Assembly: GCF_963921235.1 (NCBI RefSeq)
Contig: NC_086097.1
Coordinates: 142,850,001-142,914,000, forward strand
Source of the DNA: Mobula hypostoma
Lineage: Eukaryota
Length of the DNA stretch: 64,000 nt
Direction: 5' to 3'
Part shown: positions 1 through 13,489 of the stretch, in pieces
Numbering within the stretch: the first letter of the stretch is position 1
Layout of the letters: each line of letters opens with the position of its first letter
Notes under the pieces: model-generated
What the model was told of the DNA's origin: nothing
What the model saw: only the letters and a program-made list of their open reading frames with translations
The model's database searches: none
Program-made: the position numbers and the translations under genes

Positions 1-996
1 ATGCCAATATCATTATTCCTCTACTTAAATGGAACCTAACTGAATTGTATAGGATCCCATGTTCTGAAAGGTGATTTCTTGTTTGAGAACTAATTAATTG
101 CTACTCCAAAGTCTTACTCATGTTAAAATCTGAACTTCCCAAGCAAGGATAGCATTCAGAAAATTATTATATAGTTTATCCCTTAAATTTCTTTCATCAT
201 GTTGTATTGTCTGTTTTGATTTCCGTGTTCTGCTTTTATGCTATTTCTTACCTCAGGTGACAATACTCAATTTTTTAGTTGTGCTTTTCATGATTGAGTG
301 TGCTAGATGTTCAAACAATGAACCAGGGAAGCAAATCACCATTTGTTGCTCTGGTGAAATATGCATATAATTCTACATGCAAATTCAGAACATCATAAGC
401 TGCTTTTTCTCTACTTTCCCAGATAGGTTACAGAACTGCTCTAGGTTTGCCTGTTGCAAACAACTCATCTGTGTTATTAATCTCCAAGGAAGAAGAACAG
501 TTAGAGACAACCGGGAATGACTGCTTCTTTCACGTTATCTTACCATGATTTATGTGCTACAGTTTAGGTATTGACACTTGTTTGCTAGTTGCTTAATAAA
601 AAAAAAAGGACTCTTAAAGCTTGATTTTCAACTAGAATGACAACTTGTAAATGTTGCAAGAAACATCATCCAGAACCTGGATCTATGAGGAAAATGACTC
701 ACAGTATCTACAACAGTCAATTTTTTTCATCTGGATGGACTTCCCAAGTGTATGGAGACCAAGCAACAGCAGGATTAGGTAGAATAAAATATTAAAGGGA
801 ATAGGGAGGAAGTAGGTTAGATTAGTTGGCATTGAAAAGTATATAGGAAATGGGAAAGATTTAAATTGCACAGTATATGGAAGGGGTGCATTTACAATAA
901 GTAGAATCAAAGAATCTGAGGATTAAGACCAAGCATGATATTGAAAGAAATGTACATGAATAGGAATGGGGTTAGATAAGGTAGAATAGTTAAATA

Positions 997-1835
997 CAGT
1001 GGATTCTGGTTAATTGGGACACATCAGGACCAGAACATTTATCCCCAATTAAGCGGCTGCCCCAATTGGCAGAAGTTTCATGAGAATAGTTAAAAAGATA
1101 TTAAAAAAAAGACAACTATTGTTTAACTCAGTAACAAAATATGTATTTAAATGAAATACAGAACAAATTGGAACACTACCAATACTACTACAGTACTATA
1201 AGACTGTGTATTTGTTCCTAATACTTATTGATGGAGGCATTCATCTAGTGTACACGGCACTGTTCTTTTGATTGAGTAAATTAACAAAATCAGCGCAGAC
1301 ACCTAGTACAGATAATGGATTGCCTTCATACAATTCTTTCGACGATTGTATCCAACAAATCTTTATTTTTCATTGTAACATTCAAGATGATTGTCAATAT
1401 ATTCAAATTCTTCATAGTTCCTAACTTGCTGAAGTGGTGAAATTGCTTCATTTTTACTCCCAGCCGTTTTTAGTATCTCAAAGCCTGTAACCTTGAAACC
1501 ACAGTGAGCAAAACAGTTCTGAATTGTCTTACTGTTTATTTCTTGAGAACCATCCGTGACAAAAATCACTGCTTTTTGAAAAATAACATATGCAATTGAT
1601 GCTATTTAAAAACTGTCTGCTCTATGCATGGTGTAGTGTCTAACAGCCACGAAAATGCAAAATGCCTGGCGCTAGTTAGAAACTGTTTGGCAGCAATTCC
1701 TGTCCCAATTAAGAGGCGCAGTGTCCCAAATAAACAAAGGTAATCTTGGCTATTTTCTCAATTTGTTTTTGTTATTTAAGGGTAATTAGTCAGCTGTCTC
1801 GATTAACCGATAGCTCATTTAACTGGAATCCACTG
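997..1835 (-). mobile_element. Tigger/pogo-type non-autonomous DNA transposon
   Basis: TA|CAGTGGATTCTGGTTAA ... TTAACTGGAATCCACTG|TA terminal inverted repeats (15/17 match) with TA target duplication; internal minus-strand remnant QEINSKTIQNCFAHCGF typical of pogo transposase C-termini. Confidence 0.85.
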
Positions 1836-1944
1836 TATATGAGAAAAAAGCAAAAGTAACATTAGAGTGTATATGTATTATTAAAGGACAAGGGGAAAAA
1901 AACAGAAGGGTGGGATTAGACAATGTGGGACATTAACAAATGTT

Positions 1945-3262
1945 AGACCATAAGGACAAGATCTGGCAGAATTAGCCAGTTTGGCCCGTCGAGTCTTCTC
2001 TGCCACATGATCATAACTGATTTATTTTCCCTCACAATTTCAATTTTCTTGCCTTCTCCCTTTAATCTTTGGCACCTTTACTAATTAAAAACTGATCAAT
2101 CTCCATGTTAAATATACTCAATGACTTGGACTCCACAGCTGGCTGTGGGAATGAATTCCACAGATTTACCACCCTCTGGCTAATGAAATTCCCCCTCTGT
2201 TCGAAAATGATGTTCTTCTTTTCTGAGGCTGTGACCTCTCCCACTATTAGAAACATTCTCTTCACGTCCATTCTATCAAGGACTTTCAATATTTGGTATG
2301 TTTCAATGAGATCTGCCCCTTCTAGTGAGTAGAGGACTAAAGACATGAAACACTCCTCATACATTAACCCTTTCATTCCTGAGATAATTTTTGTAGATGT
2401 TTTCTGGACCCTCTCCAATGCCAATATATCCTTTCTTAGATATGAGCCCAAAAACTGCTCATAATATTCTGCATAATAAAGCCTCAGCATTACATCCTTG
2501 CTTATAGATTCTCGTCTTCTCAAAATGAATGTTAACATTGCTCTTGCCTTTCTTACTGCCAACCCAACCTGCAAATTAACCTTTAGGGAATCCTGCACTT
2601 GGACTCCCTTTGTACCAGACTCTCCAATTTCTGAATTGACACCCTGTTTAGAGAACAATCTATGCTTTTATTTCTTCTACCAAAATGTGTAACCGTGCAT
2701 CTTCCCTATGCTGTATCCCATTGCCTTTTCTTTGCCTATTCTCCTAATCAATCCAAGCCCCTTTGCAGATTCCCTGCCTCATCAACACTACTTGCCCCTC
2801 CACCTACCTTTGTAATGTCTCCAGTCTTGGCCTCAAAGCCATCAGTTCCGTCATCCATATAACCCTAACACGTAACTTGAAAATTAGTGGACCCAAGCCC
2901 GACCCATGCAGAAGACTACTAGTCACCAGCAGCCAACCAGAAAAGGCACCCTTTATCCCCACTCTTTGCCTTTAGCCAGTCAGCCAATATTCTATCCATA
3001 CTGGTGTCTTTCCTGTAATACCATGGGCTCCTATCTTGTTTAGTAGCTGCATATGCAACACCTTGTTAAAGATCTTCTTAAAATCCACATAAACCACATA
3101 ATTGACTTTTCTTTGTTTATCCTGTTGTTACTTCCTCAAAGTCCACCAATAGATTTGTCAGGCAAGATTTCCCCTTTAAGAACCATTGCTGACCTGCCTA
3201 TTTTTTCATGTGCCTCCGAGTACCTTGAAACTTCATCTTTAATAATGGATTCTAACACCTTG
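1945..3262 (-). mobile_element. CR1-clade LINE, 5'-truncated and decayed RT plus 3' end
   Basis: ORF 2062-2658 ALERVQK...LVLYSLE...DLIETYQIL...FSQRVVNLWNS-like CR1 ORF2 C-terminus. Confidence 0.88.
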
Positions 3263-3510
3263 TTGATGTTAGATTGAATGGTGTTGGACTGAGTGGGAAT
3301 ATGAAATTAGTTTGGATAGATTATGCAAGAGTACAGGGGTAAGCAAGAGAATACTGTTGCCTAAGGCTGAATCATATGTGTTGTGAGCAAAATGTGAGCT
3401 TTAACACTGTGTTGAATGACTGTTCCATGCTGGGCTCTGCTCATATTGTAACAACACCAGGAGAAAGCATACAATCTATTTCTATTGCAAGGAAGACTTG
3501 TAAAACTTAC

Positions 3511-3623
3511 CAAAGATATCATTCTGGTAAAGGGGACCAACCCTGGCCGAATGTTATCTATTTGTGGTGCGAGTTGAGCTTCACTGGAAATCAGAAAGGA
3601 TTCGTTGTACCAAATATCAAACT
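3511..3623 (-). CDS. kif9: KIF9 exon: (E)FDIWYNESFLISSEAQLAPQIDNIRPGLVPFTRMISL
   Basis: ATACAG|AG...TTG|GTAAGT, 113 nt, phase 1-0; matches recalled EFDIWYNESF...IRPGMVPVNRIVSL; next exon not found in the window. Confidence 0.95.
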
Positions 3624-6562
3624 CTGTATGAAAAATAATTATAAAATAAATGATGATTAAATGTTGCCAGTGTCTGACCTTTACCAACTTGTGGAGGTGG
3701 GTGGAGGGTTGCAGGTTCCTTGTGCACCAGCTCTTTTGTGCTAAATATTGAATCTGTTGAAGTATGCGACTTGACCAGGACAGTTCAAAAAATAGCCTGT
3801 AGTTAAATTTATCCCAGGACTACCCTTGGTCTGGCATGATAAAGGACAACACTTTTTTCACAAAATAAAAGATCCAAGACATTTTGTGTAGTCGAACAGA
3901 CTTGTATGAGGAAATATGCATATAAAATTTTTTCTTCATGACCAAGATTATGGAGAATGGATATCGCAAGAAGTATGTATTTGGAGGGAGGAGAAAGTTG
4001 CTGTGGAATGTACTTGTAGAGCGGATTGTGGAATTTGAAAACAATTACATTGTTGAATGTTAGAGAGGGAGTTACATGGAAATTGGGGAGACAGATGACC
4101 ATTGTGGGGGAGAAGGAAGGTTTGGGTTGAAGATTAGGGGAATCAAAGTAATCCATTTTTCTCTATGTAGAATGCAAACAGAATGAATTGGTTTAAGATC
4201 ATTAGTAATGATAGGGATGTGATGAGGAGGTCATCAATGTTAAAAGAGATATCTACATGGAGAAAAATGGATTGCTTCGATTCCCCAACAATGGTCCAGA
4301 TAACGCCAGGACCTTTTATCCTAAAGCAGGCCTTCAGTTAAGAACTGCATTTTTGTTTAAGCCCACCCCCTCCTCTTTGTGAGGCTCATATGGTTACTTA
4401 AGCCTTGAATAAGGGACATCAAAACAAGTGTAGCATTTCCCTTGATATCACTGCAAATGCTCAGTGATATCTGTGCACACTTGCAAGAAAGCTCTGGAAA
4501 CAGTTTAGACCCATGGTCTTTTTCTCCAGCCTGAAAATATTCCTTCATGCATAAATAGTTGGGCTTCCTAGGTTTCAGTGGTGACCACAATCTGCATGAA
4601 CAAATGGTAAATTAACCAAATTTTTCTCTTTACAAGATATGGATGCTGCTGACTCAACTGACATTTTCATCTCTAGATTGAGGGAAGATATGAGAGTATA
4701 GAGTACTCTCATATGGTGAAGATTACAGTGCAGAATCAGACCACACTCAGAGAATTACATAAATTCTGTGTGACATATGAGATGAGAGAAGAACCAGAGA
4801 GAATAAGGGTATTTTGAAGAGTTAGGATACAAGGGGTTGGTTGGAAGAAGTGAAATAGTACTTGGTAATAAAGTATTTTTGATCTTGGATATACAACTTA
4901 GAAGCCACAATTTTACTCCATGGTAGATGATTACCAGAACAAAAACTAACTAGTTGTGGATGTCATTTAAAAATAAGGCAAGGAAGTAATATTGCTTTAC
5001 TTAATCAAGGGTACAAGTGGTTGCAGTCACATGATAATTCTTAATGTCCTCAAAAAATGGATAATTCACATTATTTTGTCAATATTTACTCAAGACCAAG
5101 CAGGAAGAATCAAAGAATGAGAAATAGCATGCTCTTCTTTATGAACTGAAAGCATTTCTGTTGCTGATTGTTAGGTTTACTCGTGTGTAATTGGTTTGAT
5201 TTGTCAAACTATGCTGGGAATGGCTGGTGTGTATAATATATAATCACTGAGTAATCAATTTTGCTAGAAAGTCAATGGTTTTCATAAGTTTGTAGTTAGT
5301 TTGTAATGTTTTGTTAAATCTGCTTTTTATGTCTGATACTGGGCCAATGGAAGATATGTGCCAATACTGTGGAATTTGGCAGCCACACCTCACTTAACTG
5401 TTATAAGCCTGTTCGTGAAGCATTGCTTTCCTGAGATTAATGAATACAGGGACAGAGGTTCAGTTATTGACTTTTCTGGATGTATGATGTACAATGGAAA
5501 CATCAATTCAGTGGCTCTGTGCTGTTCTTTTGTGTAATGTATATTTCTAAAGCTTTCCTTGCTCAAAATATGTTGATTACCTCTCACTAAAATTGGATCA
5601 CCCTGTTTTCAGGATGTATCTAATGTATTGGAATTATAGCTTGACTCTTTTAACTTCTAATTATTTTGTATTTGAAGCACTGGTGGATTTCGTTAAGAGT
5701 GCATATTCTTGGACTCTGAGGATCATATAGATATTTATTGCATATAACATTAATTGGCAGATCAAGATTCTGAATTTATGGTCACAATGATGATGCAATG
5801 GTTGGATTACATTATTGATAATGTTGGGAGATATCTTATTCGTTGAGGAATAACAGGTGGCAACACCACCAATGATGCATCAAATCCATTTTTTAGTGCA
5901 TTTTCTCTAAAGATAATTGTTCCAGTTTGACAGGAGGTCAGATCAAGAGCTGTGTGACTTTATTATAATATGACATTCTTTATAGGATCTGTCAGGATGT
6001 AGGGTTAAGTTTCCACACACCATCACAGTGTTCCTCTGATAAAGGTTAAGCACATCACCGAATTAAACAGAATAAAGAAGGGGACGTAGATGATGCCTAT
6101 GTGGCATCAGTGTTACCTGTAAGGACTAAATGTTTTTAAGGGACAAGGGAGAAAAAAGTTTTCCTACAAAACCCAAGACAATTTTTTAGTTTATATTGAT
6201 TCATAACAGTCATGTTTACATTATGCTTTATTGTCTCTTTCAGAAACATTTCACACCCAATGGGTGAGCTTTTAGCTTCTGTTTAAAGTAAGATCTCACT
6301 AACAGTACTGGGAACAACAATTAGCACATCTGATTGAGGCAGGCATGATGACAAATGTATGCACTTTTTTCAATTTTCTTTAAAATCCATATGAGTCAAT
6401 GCAATACGTATGACGTTTGACATAAAGGACAGACACTTTAACAATACAGTAATGCCAATGGTATCATTCATCTTTGCTAAATGATGACTGGTTTTGTTTT
6501 CCTGGTCATTGTACTTGCAACTATTGAGTCATGACACACATTATACCATGGCCTGTACATAC

Positions 6563-6742
6563 CAGTCAGCAGCCGCAGCCTGCATTGATCTACCAGCTTC
6601 TGGCAGTACTGCACCTCCACTCGCAGGTCTTGCAATACATCAAAATCCTGTCGGTACTGCTGTTTCAGATCCTTTAACTGAATGATCAGGTTGAACTCAT
6701 CTTCATCAACTATAGGTTCATCTTGTTCATTCATGTATTCAC
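6563..6742 (-). CDS. kif9: KIF9 exon: (G)EYMNEQDEPIVDEDEFNLIIQLKDLKQQYRQDFDVLQDLRVEVQYCQKLVDQCRLRLLT
   Basis: TGCTAG|GT...ACT G|GTATGT, 180 nt, phase 1-1; KIF6/KIF9 C-terminal motif IxDEEEF...LKDLK..Y...YCQ.LVDQCR. Confidence 0.95.
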
Positions 6743-7435
6743 CTAGCATGAACATGTCATAAATCAAAGACATTTCAAGATTTTAAGTCTATTGTGCTCA
6801 CTGCAGAATATTGTCACAAGAACTACAGGAAATGAATTCATTATAACTCTGATAATAAATTACATATGACTTCTGAATTGCATTATATACTTGAGGTTTG
6901 TCCCTTTGATTTCTCACATGTTAATGATGACCTATCATCAATTATTTAGATTTTAAAAGGCTAATTTTGTAATAGTGACCAAACATTAACAAACATTATT
7001 GAACTATGAATCACTGTTACAAACAGTAGAAAGAAGCAGAAAAGTAGAAAGTGAAGACAGAACTATCCAAACTGTAAGTCCATCCACATCTATTCAGTGT
7101 GCATGACATTTCATTACAGTTAAGGATATTTAGTGCTATTCTGTCCATTTCTAGCCTAAAGCTAGTTGATTTTAATTGGGGATGCTAAAAATAACAGCTT
7201 GATTCCTTGGTGTACTGTATAGCAAGTGACGGAACCATTTTGAAAAATGTTAAGTCCACGAGATTTGCAAGCAGAATCAAAAAATAGTATTTTTCTGTAG
7301 ATTTAGCAGGTTAGTGATGAGAAGGGGAATACTGCTGTCTTTCATAGCAGTTAACTCTATATATACTACGGAATTAAACTTGCAGCCTTTGAATATGTGC
7401 TTCTCAGAACCCACATGCTTTCCTTATGACATTAC

Positions 7436-7644
7436 CTTGATCTTGTTTCTCCCGTTTCTTGATGTTGAGTGACCGCTTAGTGATGTCAATCTCTTCCTTG
7501 GTGTTGTTGATTCGCTCAGTCAGCTCCTTCATGCTCTTCCTCTTTTCAATGAGAATACTTTTATTCTCAATAAGAATTCGATTAATCTCACGTCCTTTCT
7601 CTGCTTTGAACATCTCAAACATCACTGACTTCTGTGGAGGAGTG
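7436..7644 (-). CDS. kif9: KIF9 exon: (S)TPPQKSVMFEMFKAEKGREINRILIENKSILIEKRKSMKELTERINNTKEEIDITKRSLNIKKREKQDQ(G)
   Basis: GCTTAG|C ACT...CAA G|GTAAT, 209 nt, phase 2-1; resembles TPPSKPVAFEEFKNEQGSEINRIFKENKSIL; acceptor position slightly uncertain (see findings). Confidence 0.9.
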
Positions 7645-8572
7645 CTAAGCCATGGAAGTGAGAAGCAGAAATCAGACTTTATCCTAAGTATTATTTTTCC
7701 TTGGTTTTGCTCCATTTTATATCTCTTGTCTTCACAAAATGCTGTCTTTGCTCTGGTACAAATCCATGGGTTATTTGTCAGCGGGCACATAACAGCTATT
7801 TCAGAAATCAACGATCCTGATTATTTGCTGCACATTGGCTCATTTTGCTCATCCTTTAATCCAAAGATGCCAAAGAAATCATCACCCCTACAATTCAGTG
7901 TAGATAGAATTATGAACTCTACATTGGCCTTATGTCACATATGGCTATGAGTGAAGGATGCATCTCAAGTTACCTTCAAACCCTCCTGACTGCCCTTTCA
8001 TCATTTGTGCAAAACTTTACACATCTATAATAGGCAAATGATACTATTACATTTAGTAGCATCACTGTTGACTTAAAGTTGTTTTGTTTCTTCCCTACTG
8101 TGCAGTGGCATGGAGATTATTGATAAGTTTCAAAGACATAACAGGCAGTGATGAGGGCCAAATGAGGGGAGCCAAGAAGGACTTGTAACTCATTCAGATC
8201 TTACATGACTAGACTTCTCTGCTAAACAACATATAGGCTGGTCAGCTTTCACCAAGGAAATGCTCACTGGGATTTATGACCTCCCACCACTGCAGAATCC
8301 ATGCTGAAACAGCAGCATTTTCTAGTGTTTTGAGTGCATTTCTTCAAAGGCCGGGTCCTGTAATTTCAGTTGTGAGGCTAAGTACTGGTACACTAAAACT
8401 GAGGTTTGTATTAGACTGGGAAATTCAATGATGTTGCACTAGAAAACCTTGATTTTTTAATGGGACTTTTAAATGAAAGAGAGTGACACACAATACTGTT
8501 TTAATATCAGTAACAAATAGAGAAGGGACTTCTAGGGGTTTTGCACACAAATTTTCCTTAAATTCTATTTAC

Positions 8573-8725
8573 CTAGGTTCGATCTCTTCCACTTTAACAA
8601 TTGATTCTGATAGTGCAGACTCAGCACCAGCTACCTCTTGCTCTCTCTGTGCTATAAGTTTTGCAGGAACATCAGGAACAGGTTCTTTTGCTTGGGCTAT
8701 CATTTCACGTTCCTTCTTGGTAGAG
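8573..8725 (-). CDS. kif9: KIF9 exon (poorly conserved linker): STKKEREMIAQAKEPVPDVPAKLIAQREQEVAGAESALSESIVKVEEIEP
   Basis: ATTTAG|C TCT...AG|GTAAAT, 153 nt, phase 2-2; open frame that joins both neighbours; weak similarity to SSARKEG. Confidence 0.82.
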
Positions 8726-10892
8726 CTAAATTAAACACAAAGAAGGGAGAACTGGTGAAGAAAATATACAATGGACTGCCTTAAGGCATGGTATTAGGAT
8801 CATTGTTCTTTTTAAATATATGAATGACCAAGCTGTGCACTGAGGAAATAATTTCAAAGTGTACAGACGGTAGAAAATTCAGAAATGCATTACATGGTGA
8901 TGAGGGCCATAATGGAGTGAAACTGAAATGGGCAGACCAGTGGAATGTTGAAATGATATAAAATTTGCTGTGAAATGACACAAGAAAAGATGGATGAAGA
9001 ATGGAAAACTGAATCTAGATGGTGCAATATTCAGCAGTGCGAAAAATATTTAAACTAATAATTATCAGCAGATGGACTAAGATATTAAAAAGACAACCAA
9101 TATCCTTGAGTTTATAAACAGAGATACAAAGTGCGCAGAAATTCAATTAATCCATCAAAAATCCCTGATTTGGCTCAGCTGAGTGTTATGTTCAGCTCTT
9201 GCCACTAAATGCTAGGAAGGATGTTAAGGCCTTAATGAAGACATAGAGGAGACTTACCGGTTACCAGGAAAGTCACTAAATATAAAGTATAAAAGAGCAC
9301 AGAAAAAAGCATAGAATCTGGCAAATGGGAGAGCTGCAGAGAGTAACAAAAGGAGCACAAACAAAACTTGCACATTTATCAAAGTCAACACATAAAAATT
9401 TCATAACGCAGAAAAAGAGAAACTTTAGAAACTATTTATCCCATAAAAGCTGCTACTGCAAATAAGATACTGCCAAAACTTGTTAAAATAATTACATTGG
9501 TAATTTAGTAGAGGAAAAGAACCCAAGGGGAGTAATATTATAGCCTTGGTTGAGCTGTTGTATTAATGCCAAAACTGTGTGTATTGGCATTGCATTTATA
9601 GCAACTCTTGGAGTGTGAACAGTTAAAACGAAAAATCTAGAATTTGCTGTTATTCTACACAACTCTATAGATGGTGTGATTCTACAGGATTCTGCAGGAT
9701 GATCTTTATACAATCAGTAAATTGACATGAACTTCAGGCATTTAAAATCTCTTTTTGTGTAAGCCACATAAGATGCAAGTTAGTTGCCACTAGCTACTAA
9801 GCCATAATTGTTGCTTACCCACTTCTTTTGTCCTAAAATCTAATTTTTTATATGCAGATTGTCAATTAAGCTATAATTAATTGAAAATTCTGTGTTATTT
9901 AATTTTTCTTCAAAAAATTCATTTATGACATTCCAGTTTCTAACCTTTCAGGTGTTTGTATTAATCTTCGTTTTCTGTTCTGTATAAAATATTAGTGATA
10001 AATTATAGTTCTTCTAGGCTTTGCTATGTGTAAAAACATTACAATGTGACTGGCTGCCCGAATGGTTAATGCTATTATTATTGCTGAATGCCAGAACTAC
10101 CCAAATGCTGGGAATTGTGATCAACAGAGGCGAATTATACATCATGGGGATTGCCAGATGGTTAGCTGTCAATGGAGTCCGCAGTTGAGTACAATTTCTT
10201 TGCCAGTCACTGTCCTCTGGGTCAGTGCATTAGGAAAAGGGGCTCACCAAAATTTTGTAAAGGAATTAATAACAATGAAGAAAGCAAAAATAACATCAAA
10301 GAGACTCATCTTCAAACCTGCATTTCATTACAGGCTATTAAGATAAGTAGCTGAAACACTGCAAGAACTCTGTCTATGATCTTCTAAAGTTCAAGCGCTT
10401 CATGGACCAGTGCTTCAGATAAACTCCACTTTTAAACTAAGGTAAGCATTGCAAAACAGAGAATTATATACCAGCTAACTAAACAACAGTTATTGAAGAC
10501 AATACTAAAGTTCATAATTATGGATGAAATGAGAGAGCTCATTAAAAATAACTTACTAACTCAGGGTTCTAAAGTGGAGGTCACGCTTGATAAACCTTAT
10601 AACTTTTTCAAAGAGATGACTGAAGAAGAATATCTAAAGATGTTAATTCTGTGGGATTCACAAAGGCTTTTGCTCTAGTTCATTCACAAGAGTGAATGAT
10701 TGAAACAAATTTGATGGCTCTTTAAAAGAGTGGGCTAAGGCCAAAAGTCCGACTTCTGAATGTCTGTTTCCATGATAGATTGCACACAAGAGCAAATCTG
10801 TGTTGTCAAATAAAAATCAATCAAACATTTTGATGTATCAGGTTGTATGATATTAAACTAAGGTAAGCCAAAATAAACTTAAAGCCACTCAC

Positions 10893-11020
10893 CCAGTTAT
10901 TTCTTTGTTCTTTTTATTTTTTAATTTCTTAGCTTTAGCTGATGTAGGAGCAATTCCAATTCCAAACCCTTCTCCACTAAGGAGTCCAACGTGGGATTCT
11001 TCAGATATCCTGTGCTCCAC
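10893..11020 (-). CDS. kif9: KIF9 exon: VEHRISEESHVGLLSGEGFGIGIAPTSAKAKKLKNKKNKEIT(G)
   Basis: TTACAG|GTG...GG|GTGAGT, 128 nt, phase 0-2; resembles GEPEGQNFGLGVAP followed by a Lys-rich stretch. Confidence 0.9.
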
Positions 11021-11049
11021 CTGTAAATACCAGATGCCAAGATATTAAA

Positions 11050-12415
11050 AAAAGTCAAAGCTCAAGGTAAATATATTATCGAAGTACATATATGTCACCA
11101 TATAAAACCCTGAGATTCATGCTCTTGTGGGCATACTCAATAAATCCACAATAGAATAACATTCATAACAGAATCAAGGTTGTTTTCTGTTCTGTATAAA
11201 ATATTAGTTATAAATTATAGTTCTTCTAGGCTTTGCTCTGTGTAAAAACATTACAATGTGACTGGCTGCCAGGATGGTTCATCTACTGTGAACCAGTAGC
11301 AGTGTTTCAGCTACTTCCCTTAATATCCTGTAATGAAATGCAAGTTTGAAGATGAGTCTCTTTTATGTTATTTTTGTTTTCTTCATTGTTATTAATTTCT
11401 TTACAAAATTTTGGTGAGCCCCTTTTCCTAATGCACTGACCCAGAGTGCACTCTTTGTCACTGGCAAAGAAACTGTACTCAATTGCAGACTCCATTGACA
11501 GCTAACCATCTGGCAATCCCCATGATGTATAATTCGCCTCAGTTGATGACAATTCCCAGCATTCAGGTACTTCTGGCATTCAGCAATAATTTTGTGAGAA
11601 GAGAGAAGAGAGCTTGGGCTGGGTGGTAAGAGTCCCTGATAATGGATGCTTCTTTCCAATGACAGCTCTTTGTGTAGATGTGCTCAATGGTGGGGAGGGT
11701 TTTACCCATGACGGACTAGGCTGTATACACTACTTCGTGTAGGATTTTCTGTACAAGGGCATTGCTGTTTCCATACCAGACTGTGATGCAACCAGTCAAT
11801 ATATAATCAGAATCAGGCTTTCACCAGCATGTGTTGTGAAATTTGTTAATTTAGCAGCAGCATTTCAATGATAATATAGGATGAAAAAAAGTAAATCAAT
11901 TACACTAAGTACTGTGATTTTTTTTCTTTCTATATTATCATCTACTCCATTGAACTGCTGCTGCTAACAAATTTCACGACATATGCCAGTGATAATAAAC
12001 CTGATTCTGATATACCCTCCACCACACATCTATAGAAGTTTGTCAAAGTTTTAGATCTCATGCCAAATCTTCGCAAACTCGTAAGGAAGTAGAGGTGTTG
12101 CAGTGCATTCTTCATAATTGCACTTTAGTGCTGGGCCCAGGACAGGTCCTCTGAAATGATAACACTGGAATTTAAAGTTGCACCTCTGATGAGAACTGGG
12201 TCATGAATCTCTGGTTTCCTCCTCCTGAAGTCAATAATCAGTTCTTTGGTCTTGCTGAGATTGAGTAAGAGGTTGTAGCACCACTCAGACAGAGTTTCAA
12301 TCTCCCTCCTATATGCTGATTGGTCACCACCTTTGATTCGGCCTACAGGAGTGGTGTTGTCAGCAAACTTGAATATGGCATTAGAGCTGTGCTTAGCCGC
12401 ACAGTTATAAAAATA
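11050..12415 (-). mobile_element. Rex1/Babar-type LINE fragments, interrupted by a local duplication
   Basis: ORF 12125-12430 IFKFADNTT.VGRI...AYRREI...LNLSKTKELIIDFRR; 3' tail near 11050-11180. Confidence 0.8.
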
Positions 12416-12899
12416 TCCACACCATAACAAAAATGGAAAGGCTTAGCAAATGTTTAGCTCACTTTCGCTGTAATTAAAATCTGGAGATTATAGACTTCCA
12501 GTTTGACTTTTAGTATGAGATTAACAGATAAATTGATTTGCAACTTTTGAAAGATAAGTTTCACTTCCTTCATCATGACCAGTCTTAATTCTTAAATGCT
12601 TTTATGATACCTTTTCAAAATGATGCAAAATGACTCCGACCAAGATGTTACCCAAAAAAAAACATGAAAGGCATAAAGAGCTTATTGGCATAAAATGAAG
12701 GTTATTGGCAAAAGAACCAGAAACAGACATGGTGAAAAAAGTATTTATACAGTGACTGGTTAGGGTCTGGAAAGCACTTCCAGGGGTACACATGAAGATT
12801 CTTCAATTGTAAATTTCACAGGTTGGATCTTAGACAATGATGAAACAAAGTACAGAAAGGAGATAGAGAACCTAGTGTCAAGCCAGCAGTCTTTCTCTC

Positions 12900-13452
12900 A
12901 ACACAAACAAAATGCTGGAGGAACTCAGCAGGCCAGACAGCATCTGTAGAAAAGAGTAAACAGTTGATGTTTTGGGCCGAGACCTTTCACCAGGACTGGA
13001 AAGAAAGAGAAGTCAAAGTTGGGAGGGTGGGAGGAATTAATACAAGGCGGTAGGTGACAGGTAAAACTGAGAGGCGGGAGGGGTGTAGTAAAGAGCTGGG
13101 AAGTTGCTTGGTGAAAGTGATAAAAGGCTGCTGGAGAAGGGGGAAATCTGATGGGAGAAGATAGAAGACCGTGGAAGAAAGAGAAGGAGGAGCAGCATCA
13201 CAGAGAGTTGACGGGCAGCTGAGGAGATAAGGTGAGAGAGGGAAACAGGAATGGGGAATCGTGAAGGGGGGAGGGGGGCAATTACCAAAAGTTGGAGAAA
13301 TTGATGTTCATACCATCAGGATGAGGGCTACCCAGATGGAATACAAGGTGTTGCTCCTCCAACCTGAGTGTGGCCTCATCATGACAGTAGAGGAGGCCAT
13401 GGACTGACATGTTGGAATGGGAATCGAAAGTAAAATTGAAATGGGTGGCTAC
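12900..13452 (-). mobile_element. Penelope-like element 3' part with decayed hammerhead
   Basis: Reverse complement of the same terminal sequence seen at 50620-51887; hammerhead core mutated (CTGGTGA...AAAA) at 12961-12998. Confidence 0.8.
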
Positions 13453-13489
13453 CGGATATATATACCAAAATGGTGCTTGGCGAAGTGGT

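Noticed and set aside
1..3510. Search for the next downstream KIF9 exon; donor-like CTTAC near 247-251
   Set aside because: Adjacent frames contain stops or lack KIF9 similarity
3780..4330. Minus-strand NIDDLLI and nearby peptides faintly like an old Penelope RT
   Set aside because: Too degenerate to support without an alignment
7459..7950. 163-aa plus-strand ORF (and 8483-8734)
   Set aside because: Antisense shadow of KIF9 coding exons
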